Made by a program: the position numbers and the translations under genes. This document shows, in pieces, positions 27,927-36,861 of a stretch of 64,000 nt of DNA (its first letter is position 1; each line of letters begins with the position of its first letter). The notes beneath the pieces are model-generated. The model did not search any database and had not been told where the DNA came from. It was given only the letters and a program-made list of their open reading frames with translations. The stretch lies in IMG/VR virus record IMGVR_UViG_3300034117_002447, positions 1 through 64,000 of that record. One strand, given 5' to 3'.

Positions 27927-29495
27927 ATGAAGTTTAACGAATTAACCCCAGAAGATGTTTCCAACCTATCTAATCTCTATTGGAATAAGGATTTAAGTTG
28001 GGACACCAGAATGAAAGAATTAAGCTCATTTCTAAATAAGTCCGAGAGAACTGTTCAGAAATGGTTAGCCAAATTAGGAATAACTGAAAGTTCAATACAA
28101 GAATCACCGCAATTAATTAAAGCCCGAGAGCGAAAATTCAATAAAAAGAAGAAACGTTTCATTATCACCTGGGCCCAAAACGATACGCCAGTTCATGAAG
28201 ACTTTGTATCCAATATCGAAAAGTACGCAGATCACATTAATGCAGATATCCACGTAATCGCAGGTCGCTATAAAAACCCAACCTCCGTTTTCTCTGATAA
28301 AAATTACGAAACGTGGTCTAGTCGAATTGAAACATATTTAGATGCAAATAGACATGAGGTTCACAAACACATGTGGATCATGTCAGATATTAAAATTCAG
28401 CCAACCGCAGTTGATCCAATGACTGGTCTTCAGGGAATGACTGGTATTAACTCATGTGTCTTTGGCTCTCCGAAAGTTCATTTAGAAACAGTTCCTGTAC
28501 TTGAAGGAAATCTTCCAAAAATGATGATGACTACTGGAGCATGCACCGTTTCTAACTATACTGATTCTAAATCAGGTAAGAAGGGAGAATTCCACCATAC
28601 TCTTGGTTTTGTAGTCGTTGAAATAAAAGACTCTAATACATTCTTCGCTAGACAAGTAACCGCAACCGACGATGGTAATTTCACTGACCTATACAATCGA
28701 GTTGAATACAATGACGATACTGAATCAAGCGAAATCTCTGAAGTAACTTCAGTAGCTGCCGCGATCCTAGGCGATCTTCACTATGGTCAACACGATCAAC
28801 GTGTAATTAATAAAACCCTAGACCTATTTAAGAAACTTCATCCTGAAAATGTTATTCTACATGACGTATTTGATGGACTTTCAATTAATCATCATGAAAT
28901 AAACGACCCATTCATTCAATATCACAGAGAGCAGGACGGGTCTAACTCATTGAGAAAAGAGGTCGATGCAATGCTAGTCGGGCTTGAGGATTTTAGAGAC
29001 TATAATGTAGCTATCGTTAGAAGTAATCATGACGATTTTCTAGACCGTTGGTTAAAAACCACTGACTGGAGAAAAGCTGCAACCATAAAGAACTCTCTTG
29101 AGTACATGGAATACAGTTCTCTACTGCTTAGGGGAGTTGCACCAAATGGAGTTATTCCGTACCTAATCAACGAGAGATTTCCAAGTTTCAAAACATTAGG
29201 CCGAAGTGATAGCCTTGTCGTAAATGGCTGGGAGCTTGCTCAACACGGAGATGTAGGTTCAAACGGATCACGCGGATCTCTGCTTCAATTTAGAAAATTA
29301 AATACAAAAATTGTAGTTGGACATTACCATTCTCCTGGAAGAAAGGACGGCGCGTTAGCTGTAGGGACTTCAACTAAATTAAGAGTTAACTATAATGTCG
29401 GACCTAGTGGATGGCTCCAGTCACACGTAATCATCCACCATGATGGTAAAGCGCAACATATCAATTTTATAAAAGGAGAATTTACAACTCTGTAG
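27927..29495 (+). CDS. N-terminal HTH plus calcineurin-like metallophosphoesterase
   Basis: GDLH, HDVFDG..INHH, SNHD, QHGD and GHYH metal motifs; N-terminal LSSFLNKSERTVQKWL HTH. Confidence 0.8.
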   Translation: MKFNELTPEDVSNLSNLYWNKDLSWDTRMKELSSFLNKSERTVQKWLAKLGITESSIQESPQLIKARERKFNKKKKRFIITWAQNDTPVHEDFVSNIEKYADHINADIHVIAGRYKNPTSVFSDKNYETWSSRIETYLDANRHEVHKHMWIMSDIKIQPTAVDPMTGLQGMTGINSCVFGSPKVHLETVPVLEGNLPKMMMTTGACTVSNYTDSKSGKKGEFHHTLGFVVVEIKDSNTFFARQVTATDDGNFTDLYNRVEYNDDTESSEISEVTSVAAAILGDLHYGQHDQRVINKTLDLFKKLHPENVILHDVFDGLSINHHEINDPFIQYHREQDGSNSLRKEVDAMLVGLEDFRDYNVAIVRSNHDDFLDRWLKTTDWRKAATIKNSLEYMEYSSLLLRGVAPNGVIPYLINERFPSFKTLGRSDSLVVNGWELAQHGDVGSNGSRGSLLQFRKLNTKIVVGHYHSPGRKDGALAVGTSTKLRVNYNVGPSGWLQSHVIIHHDGKAQHINFIKGEFTTL

Positions 29496-29514
29496 ATTCC
29501 TAACCTAATCACAT

Positions 29515-29541
29515 AAAAAAAGCTCCTTATGGAGCTTTTTT
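29515..29541. terminator. bidirectional intrinsic terminator
   Basis: AAAAAAAGCTCC-TTAT-GGAGCTTTTTT between convergent genes. Confidence 0.9.
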
Positions 29542-29548
29542 AGTTTAG

Positions 29549-31417
29549 TTAGTCTTCTATTTGAATTATAGGAGTTGGGTTAGGTTTCTTAATTTCATCT
29601 TCGATCACATTCTCATGACTAATAGATTCAGTTAATGATTCCATTAGATCTTTATTTAAGTTATAGAATTCTGAATGTATGGTGATCGGGGTAGCTTCTT
29701 TAAATGAAGCAAAATCTCTGTTTTTAATTGAGGTCATAATTGATTCTCCAATACTTGTAGTAGGTACTTCAATTAACGAAGTCTCTCTCTTAATATTTAG
29801 GTTTCTTGATCTCTTTTTTGCTAAGTCTAATTGTAGTGCGATATCTTTAATTCGGCTAGGTTCTGCTGCGATGCTAACTGGCTCAAAACCAGGTTTTATT
29901 GCTTTAAGTATAGATTCAATATTTCCATCTCCAACCATTACGTGACCTGCTATATTAGGTTTCTCGTTTGCCGTTAATTTAGATAGGGCGTTATTAATAG
30001 TTTCTTTCTTAAACGGGAAGATTTTTCCTGATTTTCCAGGATGTACGCATATTAATAGAGTAGGAAGTCCGTTTTTCTCAGTAAGGATTTTTGCATTCTT
30101 TAGGTGTCCTTTATGGATCGGTTGAAATTCTGAAATCAGTAAATTAACTTTCTTTACTTTACGCTCTTCATTTTGCGCGATATCGTATGTTTCAAAATAG
30201 CCAGGATTCTTATCGTCTCCTACAAATTCATTGAATGAAGGAAAATAGTTTTCAAATAATTGATCTCCCATTGCAACCTGTCCAAGTTTATCGATTTGTG
30301 CTAATAAATTAGTCTTCATTGCATCAGTGAATAGATTTGAATTTACTTTAACTTTCTTTTTTCTAAAAATATTAATGAATATTCGGTAAATTTCTTTATA
30401 ATTAGGATTCTTTGCAATTATAGTAGTTACGAATGGATCATTAATTAGGTCTAAATTAATATCAAACTCAGGTTTTTGTAGAAACGCTGGGACCTGAATA
30501 TCTAGATCTCCGTATTTGTCGCCGTACTCTTTAATAAACTCAGCAAACAGTCGATTTATCAGAGAAACGTATCTCTCCTCTGGAGTTTCTCCAGCCTCAA
30601 CGAATTCCCTAAGCTCTGATATTCTGTAGCCTTCAATAAAATTCATTAAATCAATAACAATAATCCAAATATAATCATCACTCTTCCTTTGAACTTTCTC
30701 AGGCGATAGCTGTTTTGCATTATCGTAAAAAACGGGATCAACTAATTTCGCTAGTACTGAAGCTTCATTCGCTGTTTTATTATCATCAAAGAATCTAAAT
30801 ACAATTTCGTCAATTGATCTCTCATACTCTTTAGTTTGAGCCGTTTCGTCAACAGTTGGATCCAATACTGCCATAATGTGTTTAGTGAATGAGATCGTTT
30901 TGAACTTTTCAATCAATGAAGCTGCTGGAGTAAACAGGAATTCCTGTATCTTTACCTTTTGTTCGTCATTAAGTTTACCTTGAAATAGAATCGCTGGAGG
31001 ATTTACTCCAAGCTTACCAGCCCATTCGTTTAATTTACCGAAATCATGAATAATCTCAGATAATTGGTAATTTTCATCCAATACCTTAATGTGACTTAGG
31101 GTTAGAGGAGTTTCACGATTCGGAGTATAATCCATTCCAAACACGTAATTTTCAGGAATTGCTGAAATTACATCAGTCCCAAGACTCTCAAAATGTCCAA
31201 TGCCCGGCTCGTAGTAGCGACTAAGAACTCGGTCGATGTAACCAATTTTGCTGTCTTTTTTAAAGAAGTTAAAGTTATTCTGTTGTGCATCTTTCTTGGC
31301 ACCAAAATAGGCACCGTCAATTTTTTCGTTGATGATAACTGTCTTATTTAAAAGACTGTCAAGGAAGTCCTTTCCACGCTTTTCATAAACGTCTCGTAAG
31401 TGTGATAATCCTGCCAT
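29549..31417 (-). CDS. RNA-ligase-like nucleotidyltransferase fused to HxGH cytidylyl/NMN-adenylyltransferase-like domain
   Basis: N-terminal EKIDG (KxDG motif I), later EIVFRF/AKLVDP (motif IV/V-like); C-terminal FQPIHKGH. Confidence 0.7.
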   Translation of the reverse strand: MAGLSHLRDVYEKRGKDFLDSLLNKTVIINEKIDGAYFGAKKDAQQNNFNFFKKDSKIGYIDRVLSRYYEPGIGHFESLGTDVISAIPENYVFGMDYTPNRETPLTLSHIKVLDENYQLSEIIHDFGKLNEWAGKLGVNPPAILFQGKLNDEQKVKIQEFLFTPAASLIEKFKTISFTKHIMAVLDPTVDETAQTKEYERSIDEIVFRFFDDNKTANEASVLAKLVDPVFYDNAKQLSPEKVQRKSDDYIWIIVIDLMNFIEGYRISELREFVEAGETPEERYVSLINRLFAEFIKEYGDKYGDLDIQVPAFLQKPEFDINLDLINDPFVTTIIAKNPNYKEIYRIFINIFRKKKVKVNSNLFTDAMKTNLLAQIDKLGQVAMGDQLFENYFPSFNEFVGDDKNPGYFETYDIAQNEERKVKKVNLLISEFQPIHKGHLKNAKILTEKNGLPTLLICVHPGKSGKIFPFKKETINNALSKLTANEKPNIAGHVMVGDGNIESILKAIKPGFEPVSIAAEPSRIKDIALQLDLAKKRSRNLNIKRETSLIEVPTTSIGESIMTSIKNRDFASFKEATPITIHSEFYNLNKDLMESLTESISHENVIEDEIKKPNPTPIIQIED

Positions 31418-31422
31418 ATCTG

Positions 31423-32031
31423 TTATTTATTAGGCTCTATTCCTAATAATGTATAACACTCGGCATTAAATGAATTAACCGAATCTTCATCAAACTTATT
31501 AAAAACGATGCTTAGTTTGTTATTTTTTTCTGAATTTACAAGATCTTTTACACCAAGCTCAATTAGATGAGCCATTAGTTGCTGTTCTTCTAGTGTAGAA
31601 TGTGCTCCATCCCAAGTATCTTTAACTCTGCTAGAATCACCAGTTTGACCTGCAACTGAAACTACTAACGTTTTTGAATTTGCATATAAATTAGTTTTCA
31701 ATAGAGTTAAGAATTCAAGCTCAGCTTTAGTTCGAGTTAATCTTTTTCTTAAGATTGCCCAAGTGTATGCAGATATGATAGCTCGATCAAATATCCAAAT
31801 TTTATCTGAATATTCAGGTCTAAGATTCATTTCCATAATGGTCATGATATTTCCCAAGCTAAAATAATGAAGACTTGGATCAGTGTCTAATCCAACTAAT
31901 CCTAACGTTTTAATATGATCTGCGAAATAGAATTTGTAGTACTCAATTCTTGGATCATTTGCCTTCTCGATAAATTGATTAATTAAAAATGTTTTGCCAC
32001 AGTGCCTGGCGCCTTCTACGAATAATATCAT
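31423..32031 (-). CDS. P-loop nucleoside monophosphate kinase-like protein
   Basis: FVEGARHCGKT Walker A; IFDRAIIS motif as in dTMP kinases. Confidence 0.75.
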   Translation of the reverse strand: MILFVEGARHCGKTFLINQFIEKANDPRIEYYKFYFADHIKTLGLVGLDTDPSLHYFSLGNIMTIMEMNLRPEYSDKIWIFDRAIISAYTWAILRKRLTRTKAELEFLTLLKTNLYANSKTLVVSVAGQTGDSSRVKDTWDGAHSTLEEQQLMAHLIELGVKDLVNSEKNNKLSIVFNKFDEDSVNSFNAECYTLLGIEPNK

Positions 32032-32567
32032 TGTATGCTTAATTTTTCAATTTGAGATAGTTCAGCAATGGACCTAGCGGTTTCCCATGCGATTGTAATT
32101 ACTCGACTCTTATCAACAAAGATGAATTCAATATCAATCATTAAGCCTGCATCCAAGAATGCTTCTGTGTACTTAATGATTTCCCATAGTGAATCTTCAA
32201 ATATTGTGATTGAATTAGCTTCGTGAGTTCTAATCAATTTAAGGGCAACCTCAGCCTTAGCAGATTCTCTTCCAAGAAAGAACGTTTTATCGAATAAGAT
32301 TCCGCCATTATCTCTAAGTATTTCAAGAACTCTTTCTTGACAGGCTTTAACTCGGTGAGTTATTAAAAAACTAAGAACGTCTGGTTGCGCTTGAGTTTGC
32401 TCGCAAGTATTTAAGATTGCTCGAATGTTGAACTCCGGTGATAAAGACTCAGGCGAGTCAAACCAGTCGTAGGGCGTAATTCCCTTTGCTTCTTTGCATG
32501 TGTAACCTGGCACTCTAAAGAGAGTTTCGTCAAAGTCGAATATGTTAATATGAATATGATTTTCCAT
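32028..32567 (-). CDS. HAD phosphatase (Swiss-Army-Knife RNA repair-like)
   Basis: IFDFDETLF..P, WFDSPESL, LITHR and IFEDS motifs. Confidence 0.75.
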   Translation of the reverse strand: MENHIHINIFDFDETLFRVPGYTCKEAKGITPYDWFDSPESLSPEFNIRAILNTCEQTQAQPDVLSFLITHRVKACQERVLEILRDNGGILFDKTFFLGRESAKAEVALKLIRTHEANSITIFEDSLWEIIKYTEAFLDAGLMIDIEFIFVDKSRVITIAWETARSIAELSQIEKLSIQ

Positions 32568-32581
32568 AGAGTATTTTACTG

Positions 32582-32614
32582 ATAAATAACCTAGTAGTTT
32601 TATCTAATATACTA
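32582..32614. promoter_or_regulatory. divergent promoters: late ATAAATA (+, 32582-32588) and early-type TAGTATATTA (-, 32605-32614)
   Basis: Both recurring motifs lie in a 51-nt divergent intergenic region. Confidence 0.6.
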
Positions 32615-32618
32615 AATT

Positions 32619-33089
32619 ATGAACAGATCGCTAAGAAAAACAAGAGAATACGATGGAAACCATTATCAATTGGTTAGAGACTGTGTGCAGGCGCAAAAAC
32701 CTTTCGTAATTTATAACTTTACTAATTCAAAACAGTACAATCAAGTCCTAAAAGACCTAGATGACTATGGCAAGCTGCCTTATGTGCTACAAATACTAAA
32801 TTCAATAGAAAATAGCGGCCACCGGATCAAGAGATCATTTCCTAGTATCTTTGTTACTAATGAGGGTTCTGACGTATCTCATGAGCAATTCAAGGAGATG
32901 GTTAGAGGGTCAATTCAGCACTATAAATTAGACTCAGTTGTATGCCTTTACGATGGAGGCGTCTCTGTCTTCTACACAAACGGTGATCATCATGAACTTG
33001 GGGATTCAATTTACTCAAGTAATATAATTCAAGAGTTCAATAGTGACTTCTATCAAATCGAAAGTCTATATTATTGCTTTATCAGTTAA
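32619..33089 (+). CDS. hypothetical protein
   Basis: 156-aa ORF after a late promoter. Confidence 0.7.
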   Translation: MNRSLRKTREYDGNHYQLVRDCVQAQKPFVIYNFTNSKQYNQVLKDLDDYGKLPYVLQILNSIENSGHRIKRSFPSIFVTNEGSDVSHEQFKEMVRGSIQHYKLDSVVCLYDGGVSVFYTNGDHHELGDSIYSSNIIQEFNSDFYQIESLYYCFIS

Positions 33090-33121
33090 AACTTACTGCA
33101 AGTTTTTGATAAAATATAGGT

Positions 33122-33562
33122 ATGGAAGAAACTACCCCAAAAAGAACTATTGCTGAAGTTTTTAGAGAGAAACGAGAATCGTTCTCTGGCGAAATCTATG
33201 TAGGAATCAAACTTCTCGAGCACATTCGTAAGATTCCTGAGGCTCAAGTGACATTTCTTAGCTTAAGGCAGAGAATGCTTGAGGAGAATCACACTCTTAT
33301 TGAGCACTTTACTCAACTTAAGAAGACTTTCCGTGAAAAGAAGGGTGAAGAGTGGATCGATGCATCAAAGAATCATCAAATGAGGTATGGCGCTAATGAA
33401 AAGAATACAATAGTTGATGGAAAGACCGCCTCGCTTAAAGAAAAGATCGAACAGGTTGAAAATCAGATAACTTTTTACTCAGATTCCATTAAAACAATTG
33501 ACGCAGTTCTATTTGGTATTAAAACCAGATTAGACGTACAAAAGCTCCTAGACGGGCATTAA
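33122..33562 (+). CDS. uvsY: recombination mediator UvsY-like
   Basis: Helical 146-aa protein with a C-terminal F...SIKTID..LFGIK.R pattern, directly upstream of uvsW. Confidence 0.6.
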   Translation: MEETTPKRTIAEVFREKRESFSGEIYVGIKLLEHIRKIPEAQVTFLSLRQRMLEENHTLIEHFTQLKKTFREKKGEEWIDASKNHQMRYGANEKNTIVDGKTASLKEKIEQVENQITFYSDSIKTIDAVLFGIKTRLDVQKLLDGH

Positions 33563-33577
33563 AAATATTTTAAATGC

Positions 33578-35128
33578 TTGTTAACCTTTAAATTATCAAA
33601 CGATCGACAATTTCTTGTACTTGTAAGCCATGACACAAAGGGCGAACTCAAAGATCTTCAATTCTATTTTAAAAAGAGGCAAAAAGGCTATCTTTTTAAT
33701 CGTCTATATAAACGAAAGTTATGGGACGGATACGACCATTTTGTTGTAGTCGATAAAGAAACCGGCGCTCACAAAATCGGAGTCGGCCTTTGGAAAGAAC
33801 TATTTAATTTCAGTAAGAAATTTGAGTATGAGGTTCATATCGAAGATTATGAGAAATTATTTAACTTAAATTTCACAAAGGATCAACTTGCAAAGTTTAC
33901 GTCAGTTATGCTGGATGGTTCAAACATTGAGGCTAGAGACTATCAATTAGAGGCAGTATTTCGTGCCTTAAAATACAAGTTCTGTTCTCTTGAACTTGCA
34001 ACATCTGCTGGTAAAACAATTATTTTCTTTTTATATTTAGCCTTTCTTAAGAGAAAGGGTATTCTCGCCGGAAATGGCAAAAAAGCCCTAATCGTAGTTC
34101 CTAGAGCTGGACTAGTTAGTCAAACTGCTGAAAAATTCACAGACGATTACAATACCGGTCTGATGAGCTTTAACGTAATGACGATCGGCGGAAAGAGTAA
34201 GTACACAGACAAAGCATTTGCTGAATCTGAGATAGTTATTTCAACTTACCAAAGTCTAATTAACAGACCTCCTGAATTCTTCAAGGAATTTAGCATTGTT
34301 TGTATCGATGAGTGTCACACAAGTAGAGGAAACTCTGTTCGGGATATTTTAATACAGTCAGTTAATGTCGAATACAAACTTGGACTTTCCGGAACAATTA
34401 AAATAGAAGAAGACTATTCGGATTTCTTCAGAATTCAAGAATTTCTTGGTCCATTAAGTATGACTCTATCCGCAAGTCACTTAATTGAGAATAACTACTC
34501 ACCTGATGTCTATATTAAAATGGTTTACTTAGAATATCCTAAAACTGAACCTTTTGTTGAGAAATACATGGCTCTGCGAGAAGAAGGAAAGTCCGGTAAA
34601 GAGATGTACGACTCTGAAAAAGCGTTCATTGTCTCTTACGAACCTAGAATTGACTTCATTTCTGCATTCGTTAAGAAACTTGAAGGAAATACTTTGATTC
34701 TATACATAAACGTTAAGGATCAGTACGGCCAGCGTATTTGTGATAAGATTAAGGAATGGAGAGAGCACGTTTATTACATAGACGGTGGTGTTGATAGCTC
34801 AGATCGTGATGAATATCAAAGAATTATGGAAGCTGGTCCTGGCGTTACACTAGTCGCATCATACGGAACTTTCTCTACTGGAATTGACTTAAAAAACGTT
34901 AATCACATTATCTTGGCCGAGAGTTACAAATCTGAGGTAACAATACGTCAATCTATTGGTAGGGGAATGCGTGGATTAAAAGGGAAAGTTAAGGTAACGA
35001 TTTACGATCTAATAGACGATCTTAATGGCTACATCGTTAAGCACGGTCATGCTAGAGAGAAAATTTATAAGAGTCAGAAATTCATTGTGTCAAAACACAA
35101 ATTTGACTTAAATAGATTCGTTAATTAA
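33578..35128 (+). CDS. uvsW: UvsW-like SF2 DNA helicase
   Basis: ARDYQLEAV, ATSAGKT, IDECH, GLSGT, TFSTGIDL and RQSIGRGMR motifs. Confidence 0.93.
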   Translation: MLTFKLSNDRQFLVLVSHDTKGELKDLQFYFKKRQKGYLFNRLYKRKLWDGYDHFVVVDKETGAHKIGVGLWKELFNFSKKFEYEVHIEDYEKLFNLNFTKDQLAKFTSVMLDGSNIEARDYQLEAVFRALKYKFCSLELATSAGKTIIFFLYLAFLKRKGILAGNGKKALIVVPRAGLVSQTAEKFTDDYNTGLMSFNVMTIGGKSKYTDKAFAESEIVISTYQSLINRPPEFFKEFSIVCIDECHTSRGNSVRDILIQSVNVEYKLGLSGTIKIEEDYSDFFRIQEFLGPLSMTLSASHLIENNYSPDVYIKMVYLEYPKTEPFVEKYMALREEGKSGKEMYDSEKAFIVSYEPRIDFISAFVKKLEGNTLILYINVKDQYGQRICDKIKEWREHVYYIDGGVDSSDRDEYQRIMEAGPGVTLVASYGTFSTGIDLKNVNHIILAESYKSEVTIRQSIGRGMRGLKGKVKVTIYDLIDDLNGYIVKHGHAREKIYKSQKFIVSKHKFDLNRFVN

Positions 35129-35925
35129 TAGTCTTCTGAATCAGAGGTCCATACGTAAAAATCAGCTAATGCAGTCTGTCTAAATCTATTAATATCATCT
35201 TTAATTGCATCAAGATCCCTTTCTATTTGATACAATTCATTCAGTTTTTCACGTAACCAGTTTTCAACTTCATCTCGAGCTTCAATAATCTCCTCTGCTT
35301 TAGCAGCAGTCTCTTCATCAATTATTCCAAACTCAATGAGCTCAGCAGTCTCTTCTGGATTTTCAATGATTTGTTTTAGTAACTGAATTGATCCAGCATT
35401 TGCGTCTGCTACTTCTTCTAAGTACATATCGAATTTATCTTCTAGAATTCTTTCCAAGTCAGAATGACTGTCCTCCATTGCTAGTAATAGCCAGCCTCCG
35501 CTTTGGCCCCCTACTCCAACTTTAGTTAACCAGTCATACGTATTCATATAGTCTTCTGAATTAACTTCGTAAGTCTCTTCCATGAATCTACCCCACTGAT
35601 CCCACATTGCTGATTCTAATGACGACTCATCTTCTTCAATTTCCTCAGCTGAATATCCTTTTAGTGCTGCCCATTTCTGTACATCTGGGTATGAGTGGAT
35701 TTTCATGTCTAGTGCATAATGGTCGTTTCTAAAATTTCGACTTTCTCTATTATACCAGTAAGTATCCTCCAATTCATTAACCTGTTTATCAAAGTCTTTA
35801 AGTAGATCCAATATAACAGAATCTTCTGTGAACTTATTTAGGTATTGAGCATAGTGATTTGCGTAATTCCAATCACCTCTTTCTAGAATAAATTGTGAAA
35901 ATGTATGGAGTCTTTTACCTAGCAT
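35125..35925 (-). CDS. acidic hypothetical protein
   Basis: LHTFSQFILE N-terminus; GGQSGGWL motif. Confidence 0.75.
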   Translation of the reverse strand: MLGKRLHTFSQFILERGDWNYANHYAQYLNKFTEDSVILDLLKDFDKQVNELEDTYWYNRESRNFRNDHYALDMKIHSYPDVQKWAALKGYSAEEIEEDESSLESAMWDQWGRFMEETYEVNSEDYMNTYDWLTKVGVGGQSGGWLLLAMEDSHSDLERILEDKFDMYLEEVADANAGSIQLLKQIIENPEETAELIEFGIIDEETAAKAEEIIEARDEVENWLREKLNELYQIERDLDAIKDDINRFRQTALADFYVWTSDSEDY

Positions 35926-36187
35926 TCTTTGCTTTAGTTGTTTCTTTTAACTCCATGTAGTTTGAGAAGCTTTGAACCTTATTTTCAGCTAACTGTAATT
36001 CCATTGATCGTACTTGAACTTGGGGTTGGCTTTGAGGCTGGGCCGGTTGAGGCGTTTGAATTTTATTAACTAATTCACTTACTTTAGTTTGAATTGACTG
36101 TAGCTTTTTTACTTGATCTGTCGTTAGTTGAGTTAAGTTCTCTTCTACCGTATACAGATACTCAATGAATGAATCCAATTGTTCCAT
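35915..36187 (-). CDS. hypothetical coiled-coil protein
   Basis: Gln/Pro linker; VQSFSNYMELKE near the C-terminus. Confidence 0.7.
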   Translation of the reverse strand: MEQLDSFIEYLYTVEENLTQLTTDQVKKLQSIQTKVSELVNKIQTPQPAQPQSQPQVQVRSMELQLAENKVQSFSNYMELKETTKAKNAR

Positions 36188-36790
36188 TTAGATTGATATT
36201 TTTGAGGCAATTACAATGCCAAGTATTAGCTTTGCATAAATCAGTCTAAAATGAAGAAACGTGAAAATCACGTCACATTCTGCCTTTGATAATTTAACCA
36301 GACCAGTTTTAGTGTAAAGCTTATTCAAATTATTTATTAGTGTCACAGTTTGGTTAACTGACCTATTTCCTACTAGACCTGCCAGCACTTCGTTAAACGT
36401 TTCCTGGCTAAGAGAGCTCTTGCGATCTGAAACAAGAGTCATCCATTCATCCGCTTCTAAAGACATGTCGCGTTTTACTAAAAGATCCTTGGTTTTAATA
36501 CCTCGGTCAATTCGCTTAGCTATCCTGTCAAGTTTTGTGATGGATTCAGCAATTTCACCGATCCAAATAAGTTCATCCTTTACAATTGAGATACTTGCGT
36601 TGATTGGAGATCCGGTGTGTCTAAAATTGATAACATACGGAGTTGATGATCTGCTTGTTTCAAAATCGTCATCGAACATCACAGCAGCGACTGGAGAAGT
36701 TGATATTTGAATATCAAAGTCTTTATCAAATGGAAAATTGCTTAAAAATGGATAAGCTCTATTAATTACAGAGCGATCAGTGTTTACCAT
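36188..36790 (-). CDS. hypothetical protein
   Basis: 200-aa ORF after a late promoter at 36808-36814. Confidence 0.7.
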   Translation of the reverse strand: MVNTDRSVINRAYPFLSNFPFDKDFDIQISTSPVAAVMFDDDFETSRSSTPYVINFRHTGSPINASISIVKDELIWIGEIAESITKLDRIAKRIDRGIKTKDLLVKRDMSLEADEWMTLVSDRKSSLSQETFNEVLAGLVGNRSVNQTVTLINNLNKLYTKTGLVKLSKAECDVIFTFLHFRLIYAKLILGIVIASKISI

Positions 36791-36861
36791 GTTTTCAACT
36801 TTTTAGTTATTTATTTGGTAAATTAAACCCAAATGAATATTCACAAGTACAATACTCGTAT

